A stretch of 64,000 nucleotides of DNA from Calditrichia bacterium (GTDB lineage: Bacteria; Calditrichota; Calditrichia; RBG-13-44-9; J075). Location: the NCBI GenBank assembly GCA_050633245.1, contig JBOEGD010000030.1, positions 153,419-217,418 of the forward strand. The letters are read 5' to 3'. Every line of letters begins with the position of its first letter. Within the stretch, counting starts at the first letter, position 1. This document shows, one piece after another, positions 9,653 to 18,675 of this stretch. The position numbers and the translations under genes are program-made. A model generated the notes under the pieces. The model ran no database searches. It saw nothing but the letters and a program-made list of their open reading frames with translations, and was not told the origin of the DNA.

Positions 9653-10654
9653 CTACTGCTTCACAACCTTCCAAACTGAATCAACAAAATCTTTTCGCGT
9701 ATCGTAGTATTGATTTTCAATGGCATATCCGGTTCGCTCTGCCAATTCCTGAATGTCCGTTTCCAGATATTTATAGGAATATTCCGTATGAATCGGCTCC
9801 CATGCCTTGAAGGTGAAGCTCTGTCCCAACTCTTTAATTGTCACGGTCTGCGCTTCAAGGCTAACCAAGTAACTTTCAATCGCGCCGGAGAAAACATTGT
9901 AGGATGAATAAAAACGAAATTTACTACGATTAAAATTACCTCCCAATTCACGATTTATTCGCGTTAGAAGATTCAGATTAAAAGCAGCAGTGACTCCTTT
10001 CGAATCATTGTAGGCGCTGAGCATACGCTCAATATCTTTCTTTAAGTCGAAGCCAATCATTACAGAATCACCATCATTCAGGCAATTCCATAGACTGCGT
10101 AAAAAAACCCGCGCTTCCATCTTCGGGAAATTTCCTAAATTTGAACCCAGAAAAAGCACCAAGTTTCGTTTTTCTGAGAAACGGGAAATCCATTTTAATG
10201 CTTCAAAGTACTCTGCAACCAGGCCATTCATTTTCAATTCAGGATGTTGTTGACGCATCGATTGCACTAAATCTTTCATCACTCCCTCAGAAATGTCAAT
10301 CGGCACATAGTCAAACTTTAGCTTCCTTTGCTGAAAATACTTCAAAAGAACGTTCGTTTTTTTGCCATCACCAGCCCCCAACTCTACCAAATTAAAAGGC
10401 TCATTTCCCATAGATTGAGCAATAGCCTCTCCATGAGACTCGAAAATCTCATATTCCAAATTCGTTAAATAATACTCTGGAATATTCATTATTTGCTGAA
10501 AAAGGCGACTTCCCTCATCATCATAAAAATATTTAGAACTCAAACGCTTGGGATATTCCGATAACCCTATCAAAACATCGAGAGCAAACTGCCTATTCGC
10601 ATGTTCAATACCATCTAAATCTTTGGGTTCCAGTATTCTATAACCGCTACTCAT
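9653..10654 (-). CDS. egtD: L-histidine N-alpha-methyltransferase (EgtD, Methyltransf_33)
   Basis: KYFYDDEGSRLF, PEYY, LVELGAGDGKKT, AYNDSKGVTAAFNLNLL, IHTEYSYKY. Confidence 0.88.
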   Translation of the reverse strand: MSSGYRILEPKDLDGIEHANRQFALDVLIGLSEYPKRLSSKYFYDDEGSRLFQQIMNIPEYYLTNLEYEIFESHGEAIAQSMGNEPFNLVELGAGDGKKTNVLLKYFQQRKLKFDYVPIDISEGVMKDLVQSMRQQHPELKMNGLVAEYFEALKWISRFSEKRNLVLFLGSNLGNFPKMEARVFLRSLWNCLNDGDSVMIGFDLKKDIERMLSAYNDSKGVTAAFNLNLLTRINRELGGNFNRSKFRFYSSYNVFSGAIESYLVSLEAQTVTIKELGQSFTFKAWEPIHTEYSYKYLETDIQELAERTGYAIENQYYDTRKDFVDSVWKVVKQ

Positions 10655-10715
10655 CTCATCCTCGTTGGGTTCCGGGTATTTGGGGAGCTGGCTTAACTTG
10701 AGAATCGACTATTTC

Positions 10716-11558
10716 TTAGGAGTTATTCGATTTCTTTTTCTTCTTCTTTCCTTTTGTCTGTTCCGCAACCGGCTCTTTGAGCACCGCGTCTTCTATTGGA
10801 ACAGCGCGATACATCAGCCAAGCTCCAAGTGCAACCAGTGGAATACTAAGTATTTGCCCCATGTTTAACGGCAATCCACCCTCCCATGCCACCTGGTTTT
10901 CCTTAAAAAACTCTACAAAAAAGCGAAATCCAAAAACAGAGGCCAAAAACAATCCAAACAAATAACCTTGTTTTGCACGAATAACAGGTTTTTTATAGAG
11001 CATATACAGTAAAATAAAGACGGTTAAATAGGCAACAGCTTCATAAATCTGCGTTGGATGCCGAGGAATATTATCAACAGATTTAAAAATAAAGGCCCAG
11101 GAAACATCTGTCGGCTTTCCATAAATTTCCGAATTGAATAGATTTCCAAGCCGAATAAAACAACCGGCCAGCGCAACAACAACCACAACTCTGTCAACAG
11201 TCCATAAATAAGTCACGTGTTTATGCTTCTTTACGAAGTAATAGAGAGCTAAAAGAATTCCAATGGCAGCACCATGACTGGCTAATCCACCCTGCCAAAT
11301 CTTAAATATCTCGATAGGATGACTTAAATAGTAGCCTGGATCATAAAAAAGACAATGTCCAAGACGAGCGCCAACGAGTGTTCCGATAAAAACATATAGA
11401 AATAAATCATCAACGTACTCGGCCGGACGTTTCTCGGAGACATACATATCTCGAGAGATGTAAAATCCGAGCAAAAAAGAAAAAACAAAGGCAAGGCTAT
11501 ACCAGCGTAGTGTGAAAAATCCGATAGTAAAGATTTCCCGGCTTACATCCCATTCCAT
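10716..11558 (-). CDS. lgt: Prolipoprotein diacylglyceryl transferase
   Basis: LRWYS, GARLGHCLFY, WQGGLASHG, RLGNLFNSEIYG, RHPTQIYE. Start placed at MEWDV. Confidence 0.96.
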   Translation of the reverse strand: MEWDVSREIFTIGFFTLRWYSLAFVFSFLLGFYISRDMYVSEKRPAEYVDDLFLYVFIGTLVGARLGHCLFYDPGYYLSHPIEIFKIWQGGLASHGAAIGILLALYYFVKKHKHVTYLWTVDRVVVVVALAGCFIRLGNLFNSEIYGKPTDVSWAFIFKSVDNIPRHPTQIYEAVAYLTVFILLYMLYKKPVIRAKQGYLFGLFLASVFGFRFFVEFFKENQVAWEGGLPLNMGQILSIPLVALGAWLMYRAVPIEDAVLKEPVAEQTKGKKKKKKSNNS

Positions 11559-11640
11559 AAAAGTGCTCCTGGCGGTGTTCAAAAGACAGTTGATTAACAA
11601 AAATCAGAGATTCATCAAAAGTATGCAATAAATAAGACAA

Positions 11641-11675
11641 AGAAAAAGCCGGGTAGAAAATGTTTTCCACCCGGC
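11641..11675 (-). terminator. Intrinsic terminator downstream of the HMA gene
   Basis: Imperfect gccgggtagaaaa/ttttccacccggc stem followed by a T-run on the minus strand. Confidence 0.6.
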
Positions 11676-11705
11676 CACAAAAAATTGTAAATACATGCTC
11701 AAGTT

Positions 11706-12026
11706 TTAGTTAACCGAAACCGTATATCCGGCATCGCCTATAACTTTAACCAATTTCTCGGTGTCCGTTCGCGAAGGGTCAAAAGTAATACTGGCAGAAT
11801 TAGCCTCAAGATTAACCTTTTGTTCGACAACACCATCAACTGCAGCAATTGCAGTTTCGATTGAGCTTGCACATCCCTGGCACGTCATTCCCTCAACACC
11901 AACAGCAATCGTTTGTGTTTTGGAAGGAACTTCGGCAACCGCCTTAGCGGAAACATCCTCAGACTTTGAACAGCCTGCAGATACCAGAAAAAAACTTGCG
12001 ATCATCAGCATCATAATATTTTTCAT
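11706..12026 (-). CDS. Heavy-metal-associated (CopZ/MerP-like) lipoprotein
   Basis: Lipobox VSAG-C, GMTCQGC metal-binding motif. Confidence 0.88.
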   Translation of the reverse strand: MKNIMMLMIASFFLVSAGCSKSEDVSAKAVAEVPSKTQTIAVGVEGMTCQGCASSIETAIAAVDGVVEQKVNLEANSASITFDPSRTDTEKLVKVIGDAGYTVSVN

Positions 12027-12133
12027 AAGAACCTCATCTATTGAATAATCAAAAAATGGAAAAGCTTCAAAAATTAAATTAAGCTGTGCAAAATAAGAAA
12101 GCAACCAACAAACAGATTAGAATTTCACATAAA

Positions 12134-12916
12134 TTAGTTCAAGCGAAATTCAAGACCATTTGTTAACACTAAATCATGCTTTTTTACCCCATCGGGAGGT
12201 CGGGCATCATAATTTAGCCCCATAAGGGCCCTTAAATCGACGCGATCCGCAATGCCAACTCGTAGTATTACTTGCGACAGGATACGAGAATCTGAGCGAT
12301 CCTGAAGGGCCGTTTGGAGATAGGTTATTGCTGAAAATTGAAAATTTGGGTCCATTTTCGCATAAATGGAAACATAATTGGTCGATCGAAATTGTTGTCG
12401 AATTACTCCACTACTTTCAATTGTTTCCTCTTCCCACATTAGTCCCACACCTAAATAGCACTCAAACCGTACTTCCTGACTATCTTTAACTCTCTGGAGA
12501 AAAAGATTAAGACGTCCACCGCCACCAATTAAATTTCTGGATCGCAAGTCAGTAAAATCATTGAAGGCTTTTTGAACAAATAATTCTCCTGTAGTTCGCC
12601 TTGAGAAATCTTGCATTACCCGCCAGTGCAAAAAGCCCTTATTTATAAAATCTGCCTCTTTGCGAATCCCGCGCTGGTAGTTACCAACGGCAAAGCTATA
12701 AAAAGCCTTCCGGGAATAGTCGAGTCTAAGGTCAGTATCAATTTTAAAGAATTCGGTATTCCCGGAAAGTAAAGTAAATCCAACACCTGCCTTTCCAGCA
12801 AAGCCGGGAGCAGCCTCTCTTTTTCGAAGCCTTTCAGTATTTACCTGCCCGAACAGCTCAGCGAAAAAACTAATTGATAGGATAAAAAGAAGAAAGAGTT
12901 GAAAAAACGAGGTCAT
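12134..12916 (-). CDS. DUF481-family outer-membrane beta-barrel
   Basis: Signal peptide, QVNTE, SGNT motif, amphipathic beta strands. GGAGG RBS before ATG 12916. Confidence 0.7.
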   Translation of the reverse strand: MTSFFQLFLLFILSISFFAELFGQVNTERLRKREAAPGFAGKAGVGFTLLSGNTEFFKIDTDLRLDYSRKAFYSFAVGNYQRGIRKEADFINKGFLHWRVMQDFSRRTTGELFVQKAFNDFTDLRSRNLIGGGGRLNLFLQRVKDSQEVRFECYLGVGLMWEEETIESSGVIRQQFRSTNYVSIYAKMDPNFQFSAITYLQTALQDRSDSRILSQVILRVGIADRVDLRALMGLNYDARPPDGVKKHDLVLTNGLEFRLN

Positions 12917-12959
12917 GCGTCCTCCCTGTGCATAAGTGACAAGACAAAAGAATAAGAAC

Positions 12960-13484
12960 CTAAAACAGCCCCAGCTGCTCTCCAGACTTTCCTTCAGGAT
13001 TCTGTTCCAGTTTAAGAAGTAAGCGCTTGGCTGCAAGTCCACTGGAGAAACCGGTAAGACTACCATCTTGACCAATAACTCTATGACATGGGATAATGAT
13101 TGGTATCGGATTTTTGCCGTTAGCCATACCCACAGCTCGACTCGCCGTTGGCTGTGAAATGTTCATGGCCAGTTGACCATATGAAATCGTTTTACCAAAG
13201 GGAATACTTTGAAGAGCCCCCCAAACCTTTTTTTGAAAATCAGTTCCTTGCGGATCTAGCTGAAGAGAAAATGTCTCGAGAGATCCTGAAAAATATGCGG
13301 TCAATTGCCTAGCTGCCTCAACAAGACAATCGTCGGTCTCAACCCAGGAAGAATCCGGGTTGGCTTTTTCTTTTTCACGTGGAATAAAAATATGCTGAAG
13401 TATTTCCCCCCTCCCAGCCAGAAGAAGTGGCCCTAAGGGAGAGTCGAGATAACGGTAAGTTTCCAAAAGAAAAGGCCTTTCCAA
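12960..13484 (-). CDS. ogt: Methylated-DNA-protein-cysteine methyltransferase
   Basis: GTDFQKKVW, SRAVG, NPIPIIIPCHRV. Confidence 0.95.
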   Translation of the reverse strand: MERPFLLETYRYLDSPLGPLLLAGRGEILQHIFIPREKEKANPDSSWVETDDCLVEAARQLTAYFSGSLETFSLQLDPQGTDFQKKVWGALQSIPFGKTISYGQLAMNISQPTASRAVGMANGKNPIPIIIPCHRVIGQDGSLTGFSSGLAAKRLLLKLEQNPEGKSGEQLGLF

Positions 13485-13926
13485 ATACTAAAGATTCTTC
13501 AGTAAGCTGATACAATGGTGTTAAGTAATCTTTCCTAATGACAATCTGTTCAAAAACTGAATAGAAAATGGAATCTGTCGGTTAGCGACAGTCCTTAGTA
13601 GTAATATAAACTATATACTAATTATATATGTACTACTTACTACTCTTATTATTACTCTGTGGGAAATGTGGAAAACTGCTGCAATGGCGTCTATTCGCAA
13701 TAATCGTGTTGGTACAGTGTTAATTAAGTGTAAATGACTTGTGTATCTATTGTGAAAAGCTTCGTTAACTGTTGAAAAAGGGAAAATTCTTAAACATTGA
13801 TAAAACAGTTTGAACACTTTTTAAACAAGTTACTAACATAGTTTTCAACATAATTGTGGAAAACTATGTTGCTGTTTCTGGTCTATTTTGGCTGACGTTT
13901 CATTCTATCTTAAATAGTTATAAAAG
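13485..13926. other. Putative chromosomal replication origin (oriC), unlinked from dnaA
   Basis: DnaA-box-like 9-mers: TGTGGGAAA 13658-66 and TGTGGAAAA 13667-75 (tandem), TGTGAAAAG 13751-59, TGTTGAAAA 13770-78, TTTTCAACA 13842-50, TGTGGAAAA 13855-63. Adjacent trinucleotide-periodic AT-rich tract at 13596-13657; parS sites nearby. Confidence 0.75.
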
Positions 13927-13961
13927 AAAAAGGATCCGAAGTATTTTCTTCGGATCCTTTT
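13927..13961. terminator. Bidirectional intrinsic terminator after mscL
   Basis: aaaaaggatccgaag-tattt-tcttcggatcctttt. Confidence 0.8.
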
Positions 13962-13984
13962 AAATGTGGTTCGGTCTTAAAAGC

Positions 13985-14383
13985 TTACTTTTTCAACAGA
14001 TCACGAATTTCTGTAAGCAGTGTCTCTTCTTTTGTCGGTGCAGGCGGTGCTGCTGGTGCGGCTTCTTCTTTTTTCTTCAGATTGTTAATCCAGCGAACCA
14101 TCATAAAGATTGCGAATGCAATAATAGTAAAATCCACAATGTTTTGTATAAACGCGCCATAATTCAACATAACCGGCTCAGCCTCGCCAACGGCATCCTT
14201 GAGCGTAATTGCCAGATCACTGAAGTCTACACCACCCAGTAGTAAACCAAGCGGCGGCATTAATACATCACTTACGAATGAAGAAACAATCTTACCGAAA
14301 GCCCCTCCAATAATAATACCGACAGCCATATCGATGACATTGCCTTTTACGGCAAAGTCTCTAAATTCATTCATTAAAGCCAT
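13985..14383 (-). CDS. mscL: Large-conductance mechanosensitive channel
   Basis: [37 protein letters not shown]. Confidence 0.98.
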   Translation of the reverse strand: MALMNEFRDFAVKGNVIDMAVGIIIGGAFGKIVSSFVSDVLMPPLGLLLGGVDFSDLAITLKDAVGEAEPVMLNYGAFIQNIVDFTIIAFAIFMMVRWINNLKKKEEAAPAAPPAPTKEETLLTEIRDLLKK

Positions 14384-14520
14384 TTTGTACTACCTCCAAG
14401 AAAGTTCTATTAAATATATATTTAAGTCACACATCCCCCGAGTGAACCACATACTTTTACTATGTCAAGAATAAGTAAAAGCTCGAAAATATACCGAATA
14501 GGCTGAATATATTCAATAGC

Positions 14521-15288
14521 TTAAATGGAATTGAATTCGGGGTTGTCTGACAATAGGTCTTGCATGCTAAATAAGCCAGCTTGTTGATTTGGAAGCCAGC
14601 GTAATGCAGCCATCACGCCATGAACATATGCTGCATACGAAAGTGTCTTATGCGAGATGGAGAGGGATTCGCAGCCGTAAAACAGATGTACCTGTTCTTC
14701 CGCGCAGGAATTGCCTCCGCGCAAAGAATGGATTTTAGGTAAACGTTCTTCCGGGTTCAATATCTCGTTCGAGCTCCTGAGGTGACCGGAAATAATATTG
14801 CTTAGTTGAACTGCCGAAGCTGCAGGTGATTCTTTTACCATGCGGCTGCCAATATCTATTATTTCCGCGTCAAACCTTCCGCTTAACTTTTCCACAGCGT
14901 CTTCCAGTAGTGAAAAAAGCAGATTCATCCCAATAGAAAAGTTTGATGTTTGAAGAACCGGAGCCGTTTGAGAAAGTTTGACTATAGAATCTTGGTGGTC
15001 GGAATGTAGAGATGTGGTGCCGGTAATTAGTGGTGTGCTTTTATGCAGACAAGCACGTGCTATTGCCGCTGCCCCAGCTCCGGAAGAAAAGTCTACAACG
15101 ATGTCTGTGTCTTCAAGTAATTCCGTCGGAGAGGTCGTAACAATAATTTCATCGGCGTAATACGCCTCAAGTGTATCGACACCGCCAATGAGAATGAAAT
15201 CTTGCTCCTGAAGTATTTTAGAACAAAGCACCTGGCCCATCTTACCCAAGATGCCATTGATAATAATTCGCAACATAGTTTCCCCCAA
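14521..15288 (-). CDS. DapB-like protein with degenerate catalytic motif
   Basis: NGILGKMG, VVDFS, ITGTT, SNFSIG and IHSLRGG are kept. The canonical E-x-H-H-x-x-K-x-D-A-P-S-G-T-A is replaced by DIGSRMVKESPAASA. Confidence 0.75.
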   Translation of the reverse strand: MGETMLRIIINGILGKMGQVLCSKILQEQDFILIGGVDTLEAYYADEIIVTTSPTELLEDTDIVVDFSSGAGAAAIARACLHKSTPLITGTTSLHSDHQDSIVKLSQTAPVLQTSNFSIGMNLLFSLLEDAVEKLSGRFDAEIIDIGSRMVKESPAASAVQLSNIISGHLRSSNEILNPEERLPKIHSLRGGNSCAEEQVHLFYGCESLSISHKTLSYAAYVHGVMAALRWLPNQQAGLFSMQDLLSDNPEFNSI

Positions 15289-15462
15289 AACTTGTTTCGC
15301 ACAAAATATTCAGAAGAATATATCTCTTTGTCAGGAGTAATCAAAAAAACAGGTGCAGGGAGCAAAATATAATAAAAATGGAGTGTAGAGGAAAAGCAAG
15401 AAACGAGCAGAAGATCAAGGAGATTTGTCCGGTTTTTGCTGCCTCTTACCTCTTGTGGTAAA

Positions 15463-16047
15463 CTAGCGCTCGATCCAATTAGCGAGTATGGTTTCGCGTT
15501 GTTCTTCGGTGAGCTCAGGGTTTGGATAGCGCTCCTTTAGAATTCGTTGGCGACAGGCTTCATACAAGACTACGGCGGTTGCCACTGAAACATTGAGGCT
15601 TTGCGTCATACCAAATTGAGGGACATAAATAATTTCATCTGCTACAGAACGGGAGTTGTCTGTTACGCCATTATGTTCATTACCCATGATAATTGCTGAG
15701 GGCTGAGTCCAATCTACCTCATATATGGATTTGGCATTCGCGTCTAATGCTGTGGCATAAATGGTGAAGCCATCTTCCTTTAAGCGGCTTCGTAAATCAG
15801 CGGCGCTGGCATGACGTTCGGTATCGATCCACTTAGACGCAGAACCAGACGTTTGATTGGCCAGTGCAGGAAACTTGTGTCCGTCGGTATAGAGCAGGTG
15901 GATTTTCTCAATTCCAATTGCATCACAAGAACGAAGCATTGCACTAACGTTGTGATTGTCATAAATGTTTTCACAAACCACCGTTATATCCTGTTGGCGG
16001 TTCTTTATGACACGCTGCATTTTTTCTACACGACGCTGAGTAGGCAT
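15463..16047 (-). CDS. trmH: tRNA (guanosine-18-2'-O)-methyltransferase, SpoU family
   Basis: HNVSAMLRSCDAIG, MGNEHNG, QSLNVSVA, RQR. Confidence 0.88.
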   Translation of the reverse strand: MPTQRRVEKMQRVIKNRQQDITVVCENIYDNHNVSAMLRSCDAIGIEKIHLLYTDGHKFPALANQTSGSASKWIDTERHASAADLRSRLKEDGFTIYATALDANAKSIYEVDWTQPSAIIMGNEHNGVTDNSRSVADEIIYVPQFGMTQSLNVSVATAVVLYEACRQRILKERYPNPELTEEQRETILANWIER

Positions 16048-16188
16048 AAATACTCCGGAATTATGGTACAGGTAAGATTATAGGAAAAAAAATCCCGGAA
16101 AGAAAGATCGTAAAGAAACAACTTGTTTTTTGCTACTATCACCAATTAACTTTAAAGCTGCACCCTGCATAAAATTAAGGAGGATAGA

Positions 16189-16875
16189 ATGGCTAAGAAA
16201 GATGAAGTCGAAGAGGCTGTGGAAGAGAAGTCTGAGACGGAAGAAACTGCGGAAGAGCTGGAGAAGAAGCAAAAAGAAGAATTTGACAAGGAGCTTCAAG
16301 CAATTGAAAAGCGTCTGGAAAAAGGAGACGACCTTGAATCTTCTTCAGAAGATATTTCTGTTCTTTTAAAAGCGGGTTCTGTGTACTATTGCCAGCGTTG
16401 TCGAAGTATTTACTTTCGCAACAAGTGGATTAAGGACAATATTACTGATATGTATCTTGTTCGTACCGAGCTGGCACTTTGCGATACATGCCTTAAAGAA
16501 AATGGTGAGCATTTTGTAAGTAGTTTGGAGATCTACGACTCCGGACTAAAGTCTCGCCGTAAAGCATTTGAAAAGCTCGCTCGTACCGTGCAGAATCGCT
16601 TGGAAAACCGCCCGCCTTTTGAAAAGGTGTTGAATACGGTTGAACGCGATGGGGTCATGTATATTTTTTCTAATACGACTCGTCTCTCGGTTGAGATTTC
16701 GAAAGAGTTGCGTGCTGAATATCATGGAACGGTTCAATATGAATGGTTTGAACGCAATCAGTATTTACGAGCGCGCTGGTATGCTTCGATGGAGGAGCGT
16801 GAAGTCTTTGCCGATCGAATAAAGCAAGCCCGGGCACATCGCTTTGGTGTTTTTGCCTTTGAAGATCGTTTCTAA
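16189..16875 (+). CDS. NMD3-like / BCAM0308-family Zn-ribbon protein with acidic N-terminal extension
   Basis: CQRC...KW...CDTC, TTRL..EI.KEL...Y.G....W.....LRARW. Confidence 0.6.
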   Translation: MAKKDEVEEAVEEKSETEETAEELEKKQKEEFDKELQAIEKRLEKGDDLESSSEDISVLLKAGSVYYCQRCRSIYFRNKWIKDNITDMYLVRTELALCDTCLKENGEHFVSSLEIYDSGLKSRRKAFEKLARTVQNRLENRPPFEKVLNTVERDGVMYIFSNTTRLSVEISKELRAEYHGTVQYEWFERNQYLRARWYASMEEREVFADRIKQARAHRFGVFAFEDRF

Positions 16876-16918
16876 CATTTTATAAGAAATTGTTGCGATA
16901 TACTCCGGTGCCTATGCT

Positions 16919-17677
16919 ATGAAAAAATCTGAAACGTTTAAGAAGCTCCAGCGGATTAAGGAAGAAAAGGGCACCGGGTTCGTTCTGTTGCTGGACCCTG
17001 AAAAGCTTCCGCCGGAGAGTATTGAGTCAACTGTTCATCGCGCCATTGAAAATGGCGTTGATGTCTTTTTTGTTGGCGGTAGCCTGCTCTTCGGAGAACA
17101 TTTTGACCAAACTATCCAGTTTGTAAAAGCCGCGGCGGGAAATCATCCGGTCGTTATCTTTCCCGGAAGCCTGCAACAGCTTTCTCCCCATGCCGATGCC
17201 TTGCTTTTTTTAAGCTTAATTAGCGGTCGAAACCCGGAACATCTTATCGGCAGTCAGGTTATTGCAGCGCCGATTGTACGGCAAATGCAGCTTGAAGCCA
17301 TTTCTTGCGGCTACATGCTTATAGAATCCGGAAAAATTACCAGTGCTGAGTTTATTAGCAATTCCAAACCCATTCCACGTGATAAACCAGGTATCGCTCT
17401 GGCGCATGTGTTGGCGGCAGAATATCTCGGTCTGCAGTCGGTATATCTCGAAGCGGGCAGTGGTGCACAACAATCCGTTCCGAAAGAAATGATACATCTT
17501 GTCAGTAAACATACCGACGTTATGCTTTTTGCCGGAGGTGGGATTCGCACGGCAGAAGCTGCAGCGGAAAAAGCTGCGGCTGGTGCAGATTTTGTCGTCG
17601 TGGGTAATTTCTTTGAGGCAGAGGAACATCGAAATAAAATTCGCGAGTTTGCAGACGCCATACATCGTGTCAAATAA
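16919..17677 (+). CDS. Geranylgeranylglyceryl-phosphate synthase (group II, PcrB/GGGPS family)
   Basis: LLDPEK, FVGGS, FPG, SLISGRNP, YLEAGSGA, GGGIR. Confidence 0.92.
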   Translation: MKKSETFKKLQRIKEEKGTGFVLLLDPEKLPPESIESTVHRAIENGVDVFFVGGSLLFGEHFDQTIQFVKAAAGNHPVVIFPGSLQQLSPHADALLFLSLISGRNPEHLIGSQVIAAPIVRQMQLEAISCGYMLIESGKITSAEFISNSKPIPRDKPGIALAHVLAAEYLGLQSVYLEAGSGAQQSVPKEMIHLVSKHTDVMLFAGGGIRTAEAAAEKAAAGADFVVVGNFFEAEEHRNKIREFADAIHRVK

Positions 17678-17697
17678 TTGTTACCTGAGAGACGTTT

Positions 17698-18285
17698 ATG
17701 AAAATGTTTGCAACAGAAATTCGCAGTCAGATTGAAGAAAATATCCGCGTTAAACAAGCACTTTTGGAAAACTGTGAAGACGTTATCGCACAGTGCGCTG
17801 AAATATTGATTGCTTCTCTGCAAAATGGTGGAAAATTGCTTCTCTGTGGAAATGGTGGCAGTGCTGCAGATGCGCAGCATCTGGCTGCAGAATTGGTCGT
17901 GCGGTTGCGTGGCAGTTTTAAGCGTCCGGCTATTCCGGCAATGGCGCTGACTGTCGACTCGTCTATTTTAACAGCCGGCGGCAATGACTTGGGTTTTCAA
18001 CAGATATTCGCACGCCAGGTAGAAGCATTTGGCAAACCGGAGGACGTGCTGATTGGTATTTCGACAAGCGGAAATAGCAATAATGTGCTTGAGGCTGTAG
18101 AGGTTGCTGCGGCAAATAAAATGAAGACGATTGCTTTGCTTGGAGGCAGTGGTGGTGCTCTTAGCGAGCTGGTCGATCTCTCGCTGATTGTTCCCTCAAG
18201 CAATACGGCTCGTATTCAGGAATGCCACATTTTGGTTGGACACATTTTGTGCCTGCTGATTGAAGAGGCGCTTTTTAAGCGATGA
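17698..18285 (+). CDS. gmhA: D-sedoheptulose-7-phosphate isomerase
   Basis: CGNGGSAADAQH, ISTSGNS, TARIQECH. Confidence 0.96.
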   Translation: MKMFATEIRSQIEENIRVKQALLENCEDVIAQCAEILIASLQNGGKLLLCGNGGSAADAQHLAAELVVRLRGSFKRPAIPAMALTVDSSILTAGGNDLGFQQIFARQVEAFGKPEDVLIGISTSGNSNNVLEAVEVAAANKMKTIALLGGSGGALSELVDLSLIVPSSNTARIQECHILVGHILCLLIEEALFKR

Positions 18286-18341
18286 GTTATGAATGCTGAT
18301 TGGTGTGATTCTTCTATTGAACTAAACTTAATTTATTTCTG

Positions 18342-18396
18342 CCCTCTGACTATGTTCAGGTAGTAGGTGACGACGTTCCCTGAGTGTAGCCGAGGG
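18342..18396. repeat. REP-like inverted pair
   Basis: ccctctgactatgttcagg ... cctgagtgtagccgaggg form imperfect inverted arms. Confidence 0.5.
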
Positions 18397-18675
18397 AGAT
18401 TTGGTAAGTCCGTTTGAAAGAGCCCGCATTTTTAACACATATTGGCTTGATAGCTGACGCCTGGTTGTAATTGATGTTTACTAAAAATTCTTGAAATAAC
18501 TGGATAACCACACCGTGACTATTGCTTTTTTGCTTCCCTTAAAAAAGGCTCTAAACCTATTTCGGTTATGTTGACAATTAATGGTTTTTTTGTCTTATCT
18601 CTTTTAAGTCCTTTAAATACTTTATCCTATTAAATCCATTTCATCTTATTAATCTATGTTTGGAGTAATATCTAT

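Noticed and set aside
13611-13817. 68-aa ORF in the ogt-mscL gap
   Set aside because: It overlaps the DnaA-box cluster, has no recognisable motif, and is probably spurious.
17216-18203. Long antisense ORFs over GGGPS/gmhA, and similar shadow ORFs throughout the window
   Set aside because: They lie opposite or out of frame to well-supported genes and have no motifs.
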